From contig CAYYOK010000003.1 in assembly GCA_964473205.1 (NCBI GenBank), positions 22,417-86,416 of the forward strand: a DNA stretch of 64,000 nucleotides, written 5' to 3'. Positions 9,432-19,251 of this stretch are shown here, piece by piece. Within the stretch, counting starts at the first letter, position 1, and every line of letters begins with the position of its first letter. The position numbers and the translations under genes are program-made. Source of the DNA: an uncultured bacterium. Lineage in GTDB: Bacteria; Deinococcota; Deinococci; Deinococcales; Trueperaceae. A model generated the notes under the pieces. It did not search any database and was not told the origin of the DNA. It saw only the letters and a list, made by a program, of their open reading frames with translations.

Positions 9432-11237
9432 ATGCGCGCCCGCGTGCTCGACCTGGCACTGGCCCTCACCTCGGTTCTGGCTCTTGCCGGCGCCGGCGCT
9501 CAACAGCCAGGGGGCGCACAGGGCGGCGGATACGTCTACGACCTCTACCAAGGCGCCACCGTGATCGGCCAGGTCGGCGCCGCCTTCGGCGCGGGCGAAA
9601 CCGGCCATGTCAGCGAGGGGTGGACCGTCATCGGCACGGTCATCGACATCAGTGACCGGCTCGCCACCAATCCGGACGGCTCGGCCGTCGCCTACCTGGT
9701 CGAGGGCACCTTCCAGGGCGTGCAGTTCAGCATCGAGGCCGAGTTCGACGCGACCGGCGTGGGCCTGCGCTTGGAGCAGTTCGGCGTGCAGCAGGACCTG
9801 CGCTTAGGTAGCGCAGAGGCCCTCTACGTGATCGACAACAACCTGATCGACGGCATCCAGGTGGCCGTGTGGCACGCGCTCGGGTCCGGCGCCGACGAGG
9901 TCGTGCTGGCCGCGATCGTGCCGCAGACCGCCTCGCTCGGTGAGTTCCGGCTGCAGCGTCACGAGCGACTCGAGGCCATCGCCTGGCAGGGTGCGACGCT
10001 TCAGGCCACCAGGCTCGATGCCGCCCTGAGCGTGGCTGGCCAGGTCGTGGGGATGACGATCTGGGCGGACGAGCGGGGCGACATCCTGGTGCTCGAGCAG
10101 CCGCTGGGCGCCATCCGCTTCGTCAGGCGCGCTCAGGAGGGCGCGGCGGGAGCGGCCGTTGCCGACCCGGCGGCGTCGTCGTCAGGCACGGAAGCCCGGG
10201 TCGCACCCGACCCGCTGACCAGCGCGGCAGCGCTCCTCGCCCAGACGGCCACCTGCGCCTACGAGCGCGAGGTCACCGTCGGTTCCACCGGCGAGACGCT
10301 GGCCGGCGTGCTGACCCTCCCGGCGGCGCCTCGCGGTGCCGACCTGGAGCGCGGCGTGCCTGCTCTCCTGCTGCTGCCTGGCAGCGGCGGCGTCGACATC
10401 GACGGCAACGCGCAGCCGGTCATCGCCAACGCCGGCTACCGGCAGCTCGCCTACTCGCTCGGCTGCCACGGCTACGCGGTGCTGAGGGTCGCGAAGCTCG
10501 GGATCCCGCCGTCCACCGGTGACGGCAACGCCGTCACCGTGAGCACCTACGCCCAGAACACCGCAGACTGGCTGGCGCGGCTGGCCGCCGAGCCCGGCAT
10601 CGACGGCGACAGGCTGGGCCTGATGGGCCATTCCGAGGGCGGTCTGGTGGCGCTCTTCGCGATCGCCAACCGCCTGGCCGATCCGCAGGCGCTGGTGCTC
10701 TTGGCGGCTCCCGGCAGAGGCATGGCTGCGATCTTGGAGGAGCAGCTCGCGGCCTCGTTGCAGCGCGCCGGAGGCTCGGCGGCCGAGATCCAGGCGATCC
10801 GTGAGGAGACCAGGGTCGCGGTGGCGGCGTTGCAGCGGGTCGATGGCCACGTTCTGGAGCTCTCCGCTGAGCTGGCGGACAACCGCGTCGCCGCGCTGTT
10901 CGCGCACGCCGCCGGCCTGATGCGCAGCGAGCTCGAGCTGCAGCCGGATGGTCTCATGCGTGTCGTTCGCGCTCTGGGCCGACCCGATCCCCGGCGCGTG
11001 CTCATCGTGCAAGGCGCGAAGGACGTGCAGATCATTCTCGAGGACGCCGAGCTGTTGGCCGCTGCGGCTCCCGAGGCCACGCTCCTGGTGCTCCCTGACA
11101 TGACCCATAACCTCTACGACTTCGCCGGCCCTGCCGACATTGGGCTGATGCCCGGTCCCGACACCGCCATCTCGGACACCCTGGTGCGCTCCCTGGTCAC
11201 CTTCCTGGACGGACACCTGCGCGTGCCCGACCGCTGA
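9432..11237 (+). CDS. secreted protein with C-terminal alpha/beta-hydrolase domain
   Basis: Signal peptide [25 protein letters not shown]. An N-terminal domain of about 270 aa that I do not recognise. Hydrolase core with LLLLPGSGG and the nucleophile elbow [12 protein letters not shown] 9432 lies 1 nt after the SPFH stop. Confidence 0.7.
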   Translation: MRARVLDLALALTSVLALAGAGAQQPGGAQGGGYVYDLYQGATVIGQVGAAFGAGETGHVSEGWTVIGTVIDISDRLATNPDGSAVAYLVEGTFQGVQFSIEAEFDATGVGLRLEQFGVQQDLRLGSAEALYVIDNNLIDGIQVAVWHALGSGADEVVLAAIVPQTASLGEFRLQRHERLEAIAWQGATLQATRLDAALSVAGQVVGMTIWADERGDILVLEQPLGAIRFVRRAQEGAAGAAVADPAASSSGTEARVAPDPLTSAAALLAQTATCAYEREVTVGSTGETLAGVLTLPAAPRGADLERGVPALLLLPGSGGVDIDGNAQPVIANAGYRQLAYSLGCHGYAVLRVAKLGIPPSTGDGNAVTVSTYAQNTADWLARLAAEPGIDGDRLGLMGHSEGGLVALFAIANRLADPQALVLLAAPGRGMAAILEEQLAASLQRAGGSAAEIQAIREETRVAVAALQRVDGHVLELSAELADNRVAALFAHAAGLMRSELELQPDGLMRVVRALGRPDPRRVLIVQGAKDVQIILEDAELLAAAAPEATLLVLPDMTHNLYDFAGPADIGLMPGPDTAISDTLVRSLVTFLDGHLRVPDR

Positions 11238-11262
11238 GTCAGGTGGCGTAAGGGAGGCCGCG

Positions 11263-11475
11263 ATGGCTGAGCGCAAGAAGTTCCTGCTGCGGATCCACCC
11301 GGGGCTCTACGCGGCCCTCGAGAAGTGGGCGGCGGACGAGCTCAGGAGCGTCAACTCGCAGATCGAGTACCTGCTCGCCGAGTCTCTGCGGCGCGCCGGC
11401 CGGTCGCCGGCAGCGGTCGTCGACGTGGCGGCCGACTCGGAAGCCGACCCTGAAGGCGACCGAGACGAGGGTTAG
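11263..11475 (+). CDS. Arc/MetJ-type ribbon-helix-helix protein
   Basis: 70 aa. [40 protein letters not shown] matches the beta-strand plus two-helix RHH pattern seen in Arc/HicB-like small proteins. Confidence 0.55.
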   Translation: MAERKKFLLRIHPGLYAALEKWAADELRSVNSQIEYLLAESLRRAGRSPAAVVDVAADSEADPEGDRDEG

Positions 11476-11544
11476 GCCTGAACGAGCCTCGAGACGGAGC
11501 GAGGTCGGTGCGCCGTCACGAGCGCAGCGTTCCGGTCCCGGAGG

Positions 11545-12762
11545 TCAGTTCCCGCGCAGGAAACGGTCGACGTCGCGCTCGTGAGCCGGGAGGTTGGTGT
11601 TGGGCCGGAAGACCGGCGCGCCGGCGTCGACGCCGTGAAGGAAGTAGAGGTAGGCGAAGCCGTCCTCGGTGTAGCGCACCGGGTCGAGGACCGCACGCAG
11701 CGCCGTCCGGCCCGGGTTGCCTATCGGTCCGAAGGGCAGGCCAGGGCGCGTGTAGGTGTTCCACGGCGTGTCGACGCGCAGGTCGCCCGCCACGGCGCTC
11801 AGCTCCGGCATCGGCTTGCCGAGCCCGTACGCCACCGTAGGGTCTGCCTGCAGCGGCATCCCGAAGTCGAGTCGGTTGACGAACACGCCGGCGATGATGC
11901 CCATCTCCTCGTCGGAGGCCGCCTCGGCCTGGACGATGCTGGCGAGCGTCACCCAGCCGTGCACGTCGATGCCTATCGCGCCGAGCAGCGCGTCGAGCCC
12001 GGCCTCCGCGCCGGGCACCCCGGCCAGCAGCTCGGGCGAGTAGAGCGTCTCCTCGAGGGTGTCGACCATCCACGCCAGGGCCTCTTCGGCGCTGGCGGTG
12101 ACCGGCATGTCGTAGGCAGCGGGGAAGAGGTAACCCTCCAACCCAGCCCCGGCGGGTAGGTCCTCGGGAGCGACGTCCGCCCCGGGAGCGTCGACGATCG
12201 CCTGCAGCTCCTCCAGGGTGCCGATGCCGTTCTCGGCGAGCCGCGCTACCACCTCGACCGCGCGCCAGCCCTCCGGGATCACGATGCGCACGGTGCGCGG
12301 CCTGCCGCCCGCCACGAGCCGGTCGGCGAGCTCGGCCACCGACATCGTCGGCGACAGGTCGTAGAGCCCGGCGCCTATCGAGTGGTCGAGGTCCCTGAGC
12401 CGCAGGTAGGTCGTGAACGCCCTCGCCGAGCGCACCAGGCCGTGCTCTTGCAGCTCGGCTGCCACGCGCGAGCCGCCCCAGCCGGGCTCGATCTCGAACT
12501 CGACGGCCGCGGGCGTGGCGCTTGGCGCCGAGAGCAGGTAGCGCACACCCACCCAGGCGCCGGCGGCCAGCACACCGAGCAGCAACAGGGCGATGAGCGC
12601 CCCCCTGCCTCGGCGTCTGCCCCGGCGGCCCCTGCCGCCGGCGTCGCGCTGGTCGCCCGCCCCCTCAGGGTCGCCGGCAGGGCGCCCGCCTGCCTGCCGG
12701 CCGCCCGCGCGCTGCCTTCCCGGCTCGAGCCGCGCAGAGACGGTCTTGCCGTCGGACGGCAT
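11545..12762 (-). CDS. mltG: endolytic murein transglycosylase MltG (YceG family)
   Basis: Arg/Gly-rich cytoplasmic tail, one TM helix, and a YceG core (LASIVQAEAASDEEMGIIAGVFVNRL, LQADPTVAYG, PWNTYTRPGLPFGPIGNPG). Confidence 0.85.
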   Translation of the reverse strand: MPSDGKTVSARLEPGRQRAGGRQAGGRPAGDPEGAGDQRDAGGRGRRGRRRGRGALIALLLLGVLAAGAWVGVRYLLSAPSATPAAVEFEIEPGWGGSRVAAELQEHGLVRSARAFTTYLRLRDLDHSIGAGLYDLSPTMSVAELADRLVAGGRPRTVRIVIPEGWRAVEVVARLAENGIGTLEELQAIVDAPGADVAPEDLPAGAGLEGYLFPAAYDMPVTASAEEALAWMVDTLEETLYSPELLAGVPGAEAGLDALLGAIGIDVHGWVTLASIVQAEAASDEEMGIIAGVFVNRLDFGMPLQADPTVAYGLGKPMPELSAVAGDLRVDTPWNTYTRPGLPFGPIGNPGRTALRAVLDPVRYTEDGFAYLYFLHGVDAGAPVFRPNTNLPAHERDVDRFLRGN

Positions 12763-13241
12763 CAGGCGTCACCGCTCTCGTCGCTCTCGCCCGCAGCGGT
12801 CCGCGACAACACCCGCTGCAGGTACGACTCGAGGATCAGGACCGCTGAAGCCTCGTCGACGAGCCCCTTGCTCTGACGCTTGCCGCGAGGCAGCGCGCCG
12901 TCGGCGATGCGCTGGCCCGCCAGCTTCGTCGTCAGCCGCTCGTCCTCGTACTCCAGCGCGATGCCGGAGCCCTGCAGACGCTCCTCCAGCACCGCTCCGA
13001 ACGCTCTCACCTTGTCCGTCTGATCCGAGGCGCTGCCGTCCAGCCGCAAGGGCAGGCCGACCAGTACCAGGGTGGCGCGCTCGCCGAGAGCGGCCTGCGC
13101 GACGGCCTCCGCATCGGCGTTGTTGCCGCGCCTGGTGATCGCTCCGCGCCCGAAGGCCAGGCTGCCGCCCGGCTCGCCCACCGCCAACCCGATGCGGGCA
13201 GAGCCTACGTCGAGGGCCAGCACCCGGCCGTGAGCGCGCAT
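12762..13241 (-). CDS. ruvX: Holliday-junction resolvase-like nuclease RuvX/YqgF
   Basis: Last 159 aa of track ORF 12762..14720: MRAHGRVLALDVGSARIGLAVGE...LVLVGLPLRLDGS...DERLTT. ATG at 13241. The stop overlaps the mltG ATG (TGATG). Confidence 0.85.
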   Translation of the reverse strand: MRAHGRVLALDVGSARIGLAVGEPGGSLAFGRGAITRRGNNADAEAVAQAALGERATLVLVGLPLRLDGSASDQTDKVRAFGAVLEERLQGSGIALEYEDERLTTKLAGQRIADGALPRGKRQSKGLVDEASAVLILESYLQRVLSRTAAGESDESGDA

Positions 13242-13243
13242 CG

Positions 13244-15940
13244 TCAACCGCCCAAAGCCTCCGGCACGGCGGCCAGCGCTGCGCTCAACGACGACGAGTC
13301 CTTGATGCCAGCCTGCGCGAGGTCCGGCTTCCCTCCGCCGCCACCGCCGACCTTGGCAGCGATGGCCCTGACTATCGATCCGGCGCTGGCGCCGCGCTGC
13401 CTGGCTGACTCCGAGGTCTTCGCGACGAGCAGCGTTCCGCTGCCGACGACCACGACGTCGGCCCCGAGCTTGGCGAGCTGCGCGTCGGCGGCGTTGCGCA
13501 GCGCCGTCGCGTCGAGGCCGTCGAAGGACAGCGCGACGTACTTGAAGCCGGCCGCCTCCTTGACCTCGGCAGCGGCACTGGCGCTCTGGGCGCTGGCTAG
13601 CTTGTCGCGCAGGGAGCCGGCCTCGCGCTGAGCGGCCTTCAGGTCGGCCTGAAGACGCGCCAAGCGCTCCTCGACCTGAGCCGGGCCGCCGCCGACCGCG
13701 TGCGCCAGGCGCCTGATCGTGCCGCGCAGCTCGCCGAGGTAGGCCAGAGCGGCCTCGCCGACCAGCGCCTCGACGCGCCTCACGCCCGCCGAGACCGCCT
13801 CGTCGGAGGTGATGACGAACAGGCCGATGGCGCCGGTGCTGCGCGTGTGCGTCCCGCCGCACAGCTCGACCGAGACCGGCTGGACGCCGTTCCCGCCGCT
13901 GGCGGAGTCGCGGGCTCCACCGACGCTCACCATGCGAACGTCGGAGCCGTACTTCTCGCCGAACAGCATCATCGCCCCGGCCGCCCTGGCCTCGGCGATC
14001 GGCACCACGCGCCAGCTCACGCTCAGGTCCGCCTGGATCCAGCGGTTCACCAGGTCCTCGACGGCCGCGATCTGCTCGTCGTCGAGCGCGCGCGGGTGGC
14101 TGAAGTCGAACCTGAGGCGGTCGGCGGTGACGAGAGAACCCGCCTGCGCGACGTGGGTGCCGAGCACCTGGCGCAGCGCGGCGTGGAGCAGGTGGGTGGC
14201 GGTGTGATGCTTCTCGGTCTCGCGCCTGGCGGGGTCGACCGTGGCGGTCAGCTCCTGGCCGGCGCCGAGCGTCCCCCTGACGACCTTGACGCGGTGCAGC
14301 CAGAGGCCGTGCGACGACCTGCTCGTGCCTAGCACGATCGCTCCGCCGCCGGTCCACGACAGCTTGCCGGCGTCCCCGACCTGGCCGCCGCCCTCGGCGT
14401 AGAAGGGGGTGCGGTCCAAGATCGCGGTGCCAGTCTGGCCCTCCGTGAGAGCCGAGACCTCGCCATCGTCGTCGGTCAGGGCCAGCGCAGTGGCGCTCGT
14501 CTCGCCGGTCGTGTACCCGACGAACTCGTTGCCGACGCGCCTCGCGATGTCGCCGTAGACGTCCTTGCCGGCGGTGAACAGCACCTTGCTGCCCTGCTCG
14601 GTGCGCGACGCGTCGCGGGCGCGCTCCCTGGCGGCTTCGTAGCCTGCGAGGTCGACGGTCACGCCGCTCTCGGCCGCCAGCTCCTGCGTCAGATCGAGCG
14701 GGAAGCCGTAGGTCTGCCACAGGTCGAAAGCCTGCTCGCCCGGCAAGACCTTGCCGCCTGACCTGGCTGTGAGATCGGCGAGGAGGTTGCCGACGCGCTC
14801 GATGCCGGCATCGAGCGTCCTGAGGAACTGCTCCTCCTCGGTCTTGAGCACGCCGATGACGCGCTCGCGCCCGTCGATCAGCTCGGGGTAGGGCGTGCCC
14901 ATCGACTCGATGACAGGGTCGACGAGGTGCTCGAGGACGCTGTCCTTGAGGCCGAGCAGCCAGGCGTGACGCAGCGCGCGGCGCGTGAGCATCTTGACGA
15001 CGTAGCCGGCGCCGTCGTTGGCAGGCAGCACGCCGTCGGTGATCGCGAATAGGGCGGCCCTGACGTGATCGGCGATGACGCGGTGCGACAGGCTCGTACG
15101 GCCCTGATACGGCTGGCGGGAGAGCGCCGCGACCTTGCGGATCGTCGGCTGGAACAGCTCGGTGCCGTACGCGTCCTCCGCGCCGCTCATCAGCGTCACG
15201 AGGCGCTCGAAGCCGAGGCCGGTGTCGATGTTCTGCTGCGGCAGCGGCACGAGCTTGCCGCGGTCCTGCCTGTCGAACTGCGTGAAGACCAGGTTCCAGT
15301 ACTCGATGTAGCGGTCGCCGCTGCCGGTGTTGGGGCCGGACTCGTCGGCGCTGCCGAAGCTGGGTCCGCGGTCGTAGAAGATCTCCGAGCAGGGGCCGCA
15401 GGGGCCGTTGGGGCCCTCGCTGACGGCGTTGGCAGGCCAGAAGTTCTCGTCCTCGTCCCAGCGCGACAGCTTACGCACCGGGATGCCGACCTCGTCGACC
15501 CAGATCTTGGCCGCCTCGTCGTCGTCCTTGTAGACGGTGACGAACAGGCGCTCGGGATCGAGTCCGAGGAACTCCTTGGAGGTCGAGAACTCCCACGCCC
15601 AGGCCGCGGCCTCGCGCTTGAAGTAGTCGCCGAAGGAGAAGTTGCCGAGCATCTCGAAGAACGAGTGGTGGCGCAGCGTGCGCCCGACGTTCTCGATGTC
15701 GTTGATGCGCAGGCACTTCTGGGCGGTCGTGACGCGCTTCCAGATGCCGTCGAAGCCGTCGAACTTCGGGGTCGCCCCGAGGAAGTACGGCTTGAACTGG
15801 ACCATGCCGGCGCTGGTGAACATCAGCGTGGGGTCGTGGGAGCGCACCGAGTCAGACGGGTACACCAGGTGCCCGCGGTCCTCGAAGAAGCGCAGGTAGC
15901 GCGTTCTGAGCTCGTTGATCTCGTCGATTCCGTAGTCCAC
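13244..15940 (-). CDS. alaS: alanine--tRNA ligase
   Basis: 898 aa. Class II motifs (FTSAGMVQFKPYF, SFFEMLGNFSFGDYFK), editing-domain HxxxH (HHTATHLLHAALR) and CGGTH, and a C-terminal DHHA1-like GGGGGKPDLAQAG. Confidence 0.95.
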   Translation of the reverse strand: MDYGIDEINELRTRYLRFFEDRGHLVYPSDSVRSHDPTLMFTSAGMVQFKPYFLGATPKFDGFDGIWKRVTTAQKCLRINDIENVGRTLRHHSFFEMLGNFSFGDYFKREAAAWAWEFSTSKEFLGLDPERLFVTVYKDDDEAAKIWVDEVGIPVRKLSRWDEDENFWPANAVSEGPNGPCGPCSEIFYDRGPSFGSADESGPNTGSGDRYIEYWNLVFTQFDRQDRGKLVPLPQQNIDTGLGFERLVTLMSGAEDAYGTELFQPTIRKVAALSRQPYQGRTSLSHRVIADHVRAALFAITDGVLPANDGAGYVVKMLTRRALRHAWLLGLKDSVLEHLVDPVIESMGTPYPELIDGRERVIGVLKTEEEQFLRTLDAGIERVGNLLADLTARSGGKVLPGEQAFDLWQTYGFPLDLTQELAAESGVTVDLAGYEAARERARDASRTEQGSKVLFTAGKDVYGDIARRVGNEFVGYTTGETSATALALTDDDGEVSALTEGQTGTAILDRTPFYAEGGGQVGDAGKLSWTGGGAIVLGTSRSSHGLWLHRVKVVRGTLGAGQELTATVDPARRETEKHHTATHLLHAALRQVLGTHVAQAGSLVTADRLRFDFSHPRALDDEQIAAVEDLVNRWIQADLSVSWRVVPIAEARAAGAMMLFGEKYGSDVRMVSVGGARDSASGGNGVQPVSVELCGGTHTRSTGAIGLFVITSDEAVSAGVRRVEALVGEAALAYLGELRGTIRRLAHAVGGGPAQVEERLARLQADLKAAQREAGSLRDKLASAQSASAAAEVKEAAGFKYVALSFDGLDATALRNAADAQLAKLGADVVVVGSGTLLVAKTSESARQRGASAGSIVRAIAAKVGGGGGGKPDLAQAGIKDSSSLSAALAAVPEALGG

Positions 15941-16130
15941 TTATCGGCGCTCCAGTCGCACGGCAACCCGCGCCTGCCGCCGAGTTCCTCGCGGCCGTCA
16001 GTGCGGGCGGCTGCACAGTATACCGACGGTAAAGCTCGCGGGAGACGCCTGCCAGGGGACCTCGGCCGTGCCGGCCCCTTGCAGTGACGCTGTCGGCCCG
16101 TACCGTCGAGCTACCCCCTCAGGCTGAGGT

Positions 16131-17288
16131 ATGTTTCGCGGGATGTCGACCAGCAGCGTCCTGTTCTCGCGCGAGACGCGGAGGGCGCTGTTCCTGGGGT
16201 TCGCGACGTTCGTGCTCGTCGGCGTCAGTAACACTCTCTACGGTCCCGCGTTCGACCGGTTCTCGGCCCGCTACGGCGTCGGCGTCGAGGTGGTCGGCCT
16301 GCTGGTAAGCGCTCAGTTCGGCGGCGCCCTGGTGGCGATGGTGCTGTCGAGCTGGTCGCTGAAGCGTTTCGGTTACCGGCGCCAGCTGGTGGCCGGCGGC
16401 CTGCTCACCGTCGCGGGCGCGCTGCTGGTGACCCAAGCTCCGAGCTGGCCCCTGGCGCTGTCGGCGGCGGCCATCGGCGGCTTCGGCACGGGCATCCTCG
16501 TGGTGAGCGTGAACCTGATGGTCGCGAGGGTCTTCGAGGCGGTGGCCTCGCCAGCCCTCAACCTGATGAACGCGGTCTTCGGGTTGGGGGCGATCGCCGG
16601 ACCGCTGCTGGTCGCCGTCAGCGCGCCGCGGCTCGAGCCGCCCTTCCTGGTGCTGGCGGTGCTGGGTATGGGCGTCGTCGCGATGGCGGCGGGCGTCAGG
16701 GCCCCGGCGGTGCGGAGCCCGGCGCGCGGCGCTGGACGCGTGCCGATCGCCCCCATCGTCGGCTTCGCGCTGGTGATGTTCTTCTACGTCGCGACCGAGG
16801 TCGGCATCACGTCGTGGGAGACGGAGCATCTGTCCGGTCACTTCGGCGCAGCGCGCGCCGCTGCGTTCACCTCGCTGTTCTGGATCGCGATCACCGTCGG
16901 GCGGCTGCTGGCCGTACCGCTGTCGTCGCGGCTGCATCCGGGCCGGATGGTGACGTTCTCGCTGGCTTTCAGCGTGGTCGGGCTGGTCCTCGCCCAGGTT
17001 CCGGCACTGGCGCCTGCCGGCTACGCGCTGGCCGGGCTCTTCCTGGCTCCGGTGTTCGCGACGAACACCGCCTGGTTCACACGGACGTTGGGCGAGAGGG
17101 CGGAACGCTACGCGCCCCTCGCCTTCGCTACCGGCAACCTCGGGCCCGTCTCGACCGCGCCGCTCATCGGCATGGCCGTTGGAGCTTACGGCACGGGCGC
17201 GGTACCGACGCTGCTAGCGGTGTTCGCCGTGTGCGCCGCTTGCGTTTCGGCGGTCCTGCTGGCGTCTGACAGGCGCGGTCGGCGCTAG
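16131..17288 (+). CDS. MFS transporter
   Basis: 385 aa with about 12 predicted hydrophobic helices and a GYRRQL loop-2/3-like motif. Confidence 0.7.
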   Translation: MFRGMSTSSVLFSRETRRALFLGFATFVLVGVSNTLYGPAFDRFSARYGVGVEVVGLLVSAQFGGALVAMVLSSWSLKRFGYRRQLVAGGLLTVAGALLVTQAPSWPLALSAAAIGGFGTGILVVSVNLMVARVFEAVASPALNLMNAVFGLGAIAGPLLVAVSAPRLEPPFLVLAVLGMGVVAMAAGVRAPAVRSPARGAGRVPIAPIVGFALVMFFYVATEVGITSWETEHLSGHFGAARAAAFTSLFWIAITVGRLLAVPLSSRLHPGRMVTFSLAFSVVGLVLAQVPALAPAGYALAGLFLAPVFATNTAWFTRTLGERAERYAPLAFATGNLGPVSTAPLIGMAVGAYGTGAVPTLLAVFAVCAACVSAVLLASDRRGRR

Positions 17289-17295
17289 GCCGGGC

Positions 17296-18267
17296 TCACT
17301 GCTTCCGCAACGCTGCCAGCAGCGCTGGCCCCAGCTCCTCGATGTCGCCTACGACCGCGTAGTCGCAGATCCTGAAGATGGGCGCGTCTGGATCCCTGTT
17401 GATGGCGGCGACGACCTTGGAGCGGTTCATGCCGGAGAGGTGTTGTACGGCTCCGGAGATGCCGAGCGCGAGGTAGAGCTTGGGGCTGATGTTCTTGCCG
17501 GTCTGACCGACCTGTTCTGCGTAGGGACGCCAGCCGGCGTCCACCACGGCGCGAGTGGAGGCAACTCCGGCCCGCAGCTCCGTGGCCAGAGGTTCGACGA
17601 TGGCGGCGAAGCGCTGGGCGCTGCCGAGCCCGCGGCCTCCTGCCACCACGATGTCGGCCTCCTCCAGCGCGACCTGCGCACCGTTGTTGATGACGCGCTC
17701 GCATACGCTCACGCGCTCCGATACCAGCGCTTCGTCGAACGCGGCGGCTCGCACCTCGCTCACGCTTCCGTTGGGCTCTGCAGGACCAAGGGCGTTCGGT
17801 TTCACCGTTATGACGACCGGCAAAGCGCGCGCGCGCACCGTCTCGGTGACGCGCGCCAGGTACGCGTACCTGCGAGCTTGAACCTTGCCTTCGCTGCGCT
17901 CGACGGCTATCACGTCCTCCAGCAGCGCAGCCCCCAGTTCTACGGCCAAGCGCGGCGCCACGCTCAAGCCGGTGCGTGTCGCGCCGAGTAGGACGACTTC
18001 GGCGTCCATCTCACGAGCGAACTTCGCCACCAGGTTCACCAAAGTCTCGCTGTTGGGCGCGGCCAGCTCGGCAGAAGCAACGCTCGTCACGCCCTGCACG
18101 TAGTGAGACAGCTCTTCGGCCGCGGCCGCCGTGTCCGCACCCAGTACCAACGCTTCGACCGCTTCGCCCTCCGGAGCGACGGAGCGTGCGGCGCGCACCA
18201 GTTCCAGCACCTGCCGCGGCAAGCGCCCATCGTGTATCAGCGCGACTATCAACGTCTTGGTCGCCAT
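17296..18267 (-). CDS. etfA: electron transfer flavoprotein alpha subunit
   Basis: 323 aa. The C-terminal FAD-binding half [10 protein letters not shown]...AVVDAGW...[29 protein letters not shown] is a diagnostic EtfA signature. Confidence 0.9.
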   Translation of the reverse strand: MATKTLIVALIHDGRLPRQVLELVRAARSVAPEGEAVEALVLGADTAAAAEELSHYVQGVTSVASAELAAPNSETLVNLVAKFAREMDAEVVLLGATRTGLSVAPRLAVELGAALLEDVIAVERSEGKVQARRYAYLARVTETVRARALPVVITVKPNALGPAEPNGSVSEVRAAAFDEALVSERVSVCERVINNGAQVALEEADIVVAGGRGLGSAQRFAAIVEPLATELRAGVASTRAVVDAGWRPYAEQVGQTGKNISPKLYLALGISGAVQHLSGMNRSKVVAAINRDPDAPIFRICDYAVVGDIEELGPALLAALRKQ

Positions 18268-19023
18268 CTATAGAACCTTCGCTTCTTCGCGCAGCAAACG
18301 CACCAGTTCTTCTGCCATCTCGTCAGCATCGCCCGACAAGCGGACTCCTCGCCTTGCGGCCACCTGCACCTCGAGCCCGACGACCTCGGTCCCTACCTGC
18401 ACCGACGGGAAGTCGTCGAGGGAGAGGCGCGACAGCTCCTTGCGCTTCGCTTTCATGGTGTTCGGCAGCGTGGGGTACCGCGGCTCGTTCAGTCCTTGCT
18501 GGGTAGTCACCACTGCGGGCAGGATCAGGTTCAACACCTCGGTGCCTTGATCGGTATCGTGTCGGGCCGTCATCTTGCCGTTTGCGAGCCGCAGCTCCGA
18601 TACCCAGTCGGCGTGCGGCCAATCGAGCACCGCCGCCAAAGCCGGTCCCAACGCGGCGCTATCCCAGTCTGCCTGTTTGCCCCCGAGCAGCACTAGACCC
18701 GCTCCCTCTCGTGACACCAGCTCGGCGAACACCTGAGCTTGTGCCAACGCGTCCAGCCTTTCGGTGGTGATCACATGCATGCCGCGATCCGCCCCCATCG
18801 CCAATGCCGTGCGGAGGGCTTCCTCACAAGAAGCAGGCCCCAAGGCGGCCACGATCACCTCGTCGACCTGACCAGCCTCACGTTGTCGGATCGACTCCTC
18901 CACGCCATACTCATCCATGCCGTCGATCACCATCGCGCCACCGACGACTTCAACCACTCCATCAAGCACCTGAACGTTAGACTCTGCATCGGGCACTTGC
19001 TTGATGATCGTAAGAACCTTCAA
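18268..19023 (-). CDS. etfB: electron transfer flavoprotein beta subunit
   Basis: KVLTIIKQVPD..., LVLLGGKQADWDSAALGPALA and PRYPTLPNTMKAKRKEL are EtfB signatures. TTG 19023 lies 7 nt after GGAGG and is preferred over the track start 19044. The stop abuts the etfA ATG. Confidence 0.9.
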   Translation of the reverse strand: MKVLTIIKQVPDAESNVQVLDGVVEVVGGAMVIDGMDEYGVEESIRQREAGQVDEVIVAALGPASCEEALRTALAMGADRGMHVITTERLDALAQAQVFAELVSREGAGLVLLGGKQADWDSAALGPALAAVLDWPHADWVSELRLANGKMTARHDTDQGTEVLNLILPAVVTTQQGLNEPRYPTLPNTMKAKRKELSRLSLDDFPSVQVGTEVVGLEVQVAARRGVRLSGDADEMAEELVRLLREEAKVL

Positions 19024-19051
19024 CGCCACACCTCCGAGCAGCAACGAGATA

Positions 19052-19077
19052 AGATACAGCAGTATACGGCCGTGTAC
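19052..19077. promoter_or_regulatory. phased GTATAC-type operator-like repeat, site A (etfBA promoter)
   Basis: AGATAC agca GTATAC ggcc GTGTAC: three hexamers with a 10-bp period, 29-54 bp upstream of etfB TTG 19023. Confidence 0.55.
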
Positions 19078-19251
19078 CGTACGTTGCGTACTGGATGGTC
19101 CTCGGGCCGCCAGGCTGAGCTACCGCTGCCGTTGAGCTTCATGCCGCGAGCGTGTTCGAGAGTCCGGTTCGTCGGTCGCCCCCCGCCCCCCACGTCAAGC
19201 GGGTTTCGCGCGACCACTCGGTCGAGCGAACCCCGGTATCGACAGGACAGT

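Noticed and set aside
12760-13244. alaS-ruvX-mltG start/stop overlaps as something unusual
   Set aside because: This gene order and tight coupling (a 2-nt gap, then a TGATG overlap) is a widespread conserved operon arrangement. It is ordinary.
12762-14720. 652-aa ORF on the minus strand overlapping alaS
   Set aside because: Only the last 159 aa (RuvX) look like protein. The upstream roughly 490 aa are Arg/Gly/Pro-rich and lie out of frame over the well-supported alaS gene. This is a high-G+C open-frame artefact.
16018-16023. Single GTATAC upstream of the first MFS gene
   Set aside because: Only one hexamer is present (GTATACcgacGGTAAA) and there is no phased partner. It is too weak to count as a site.
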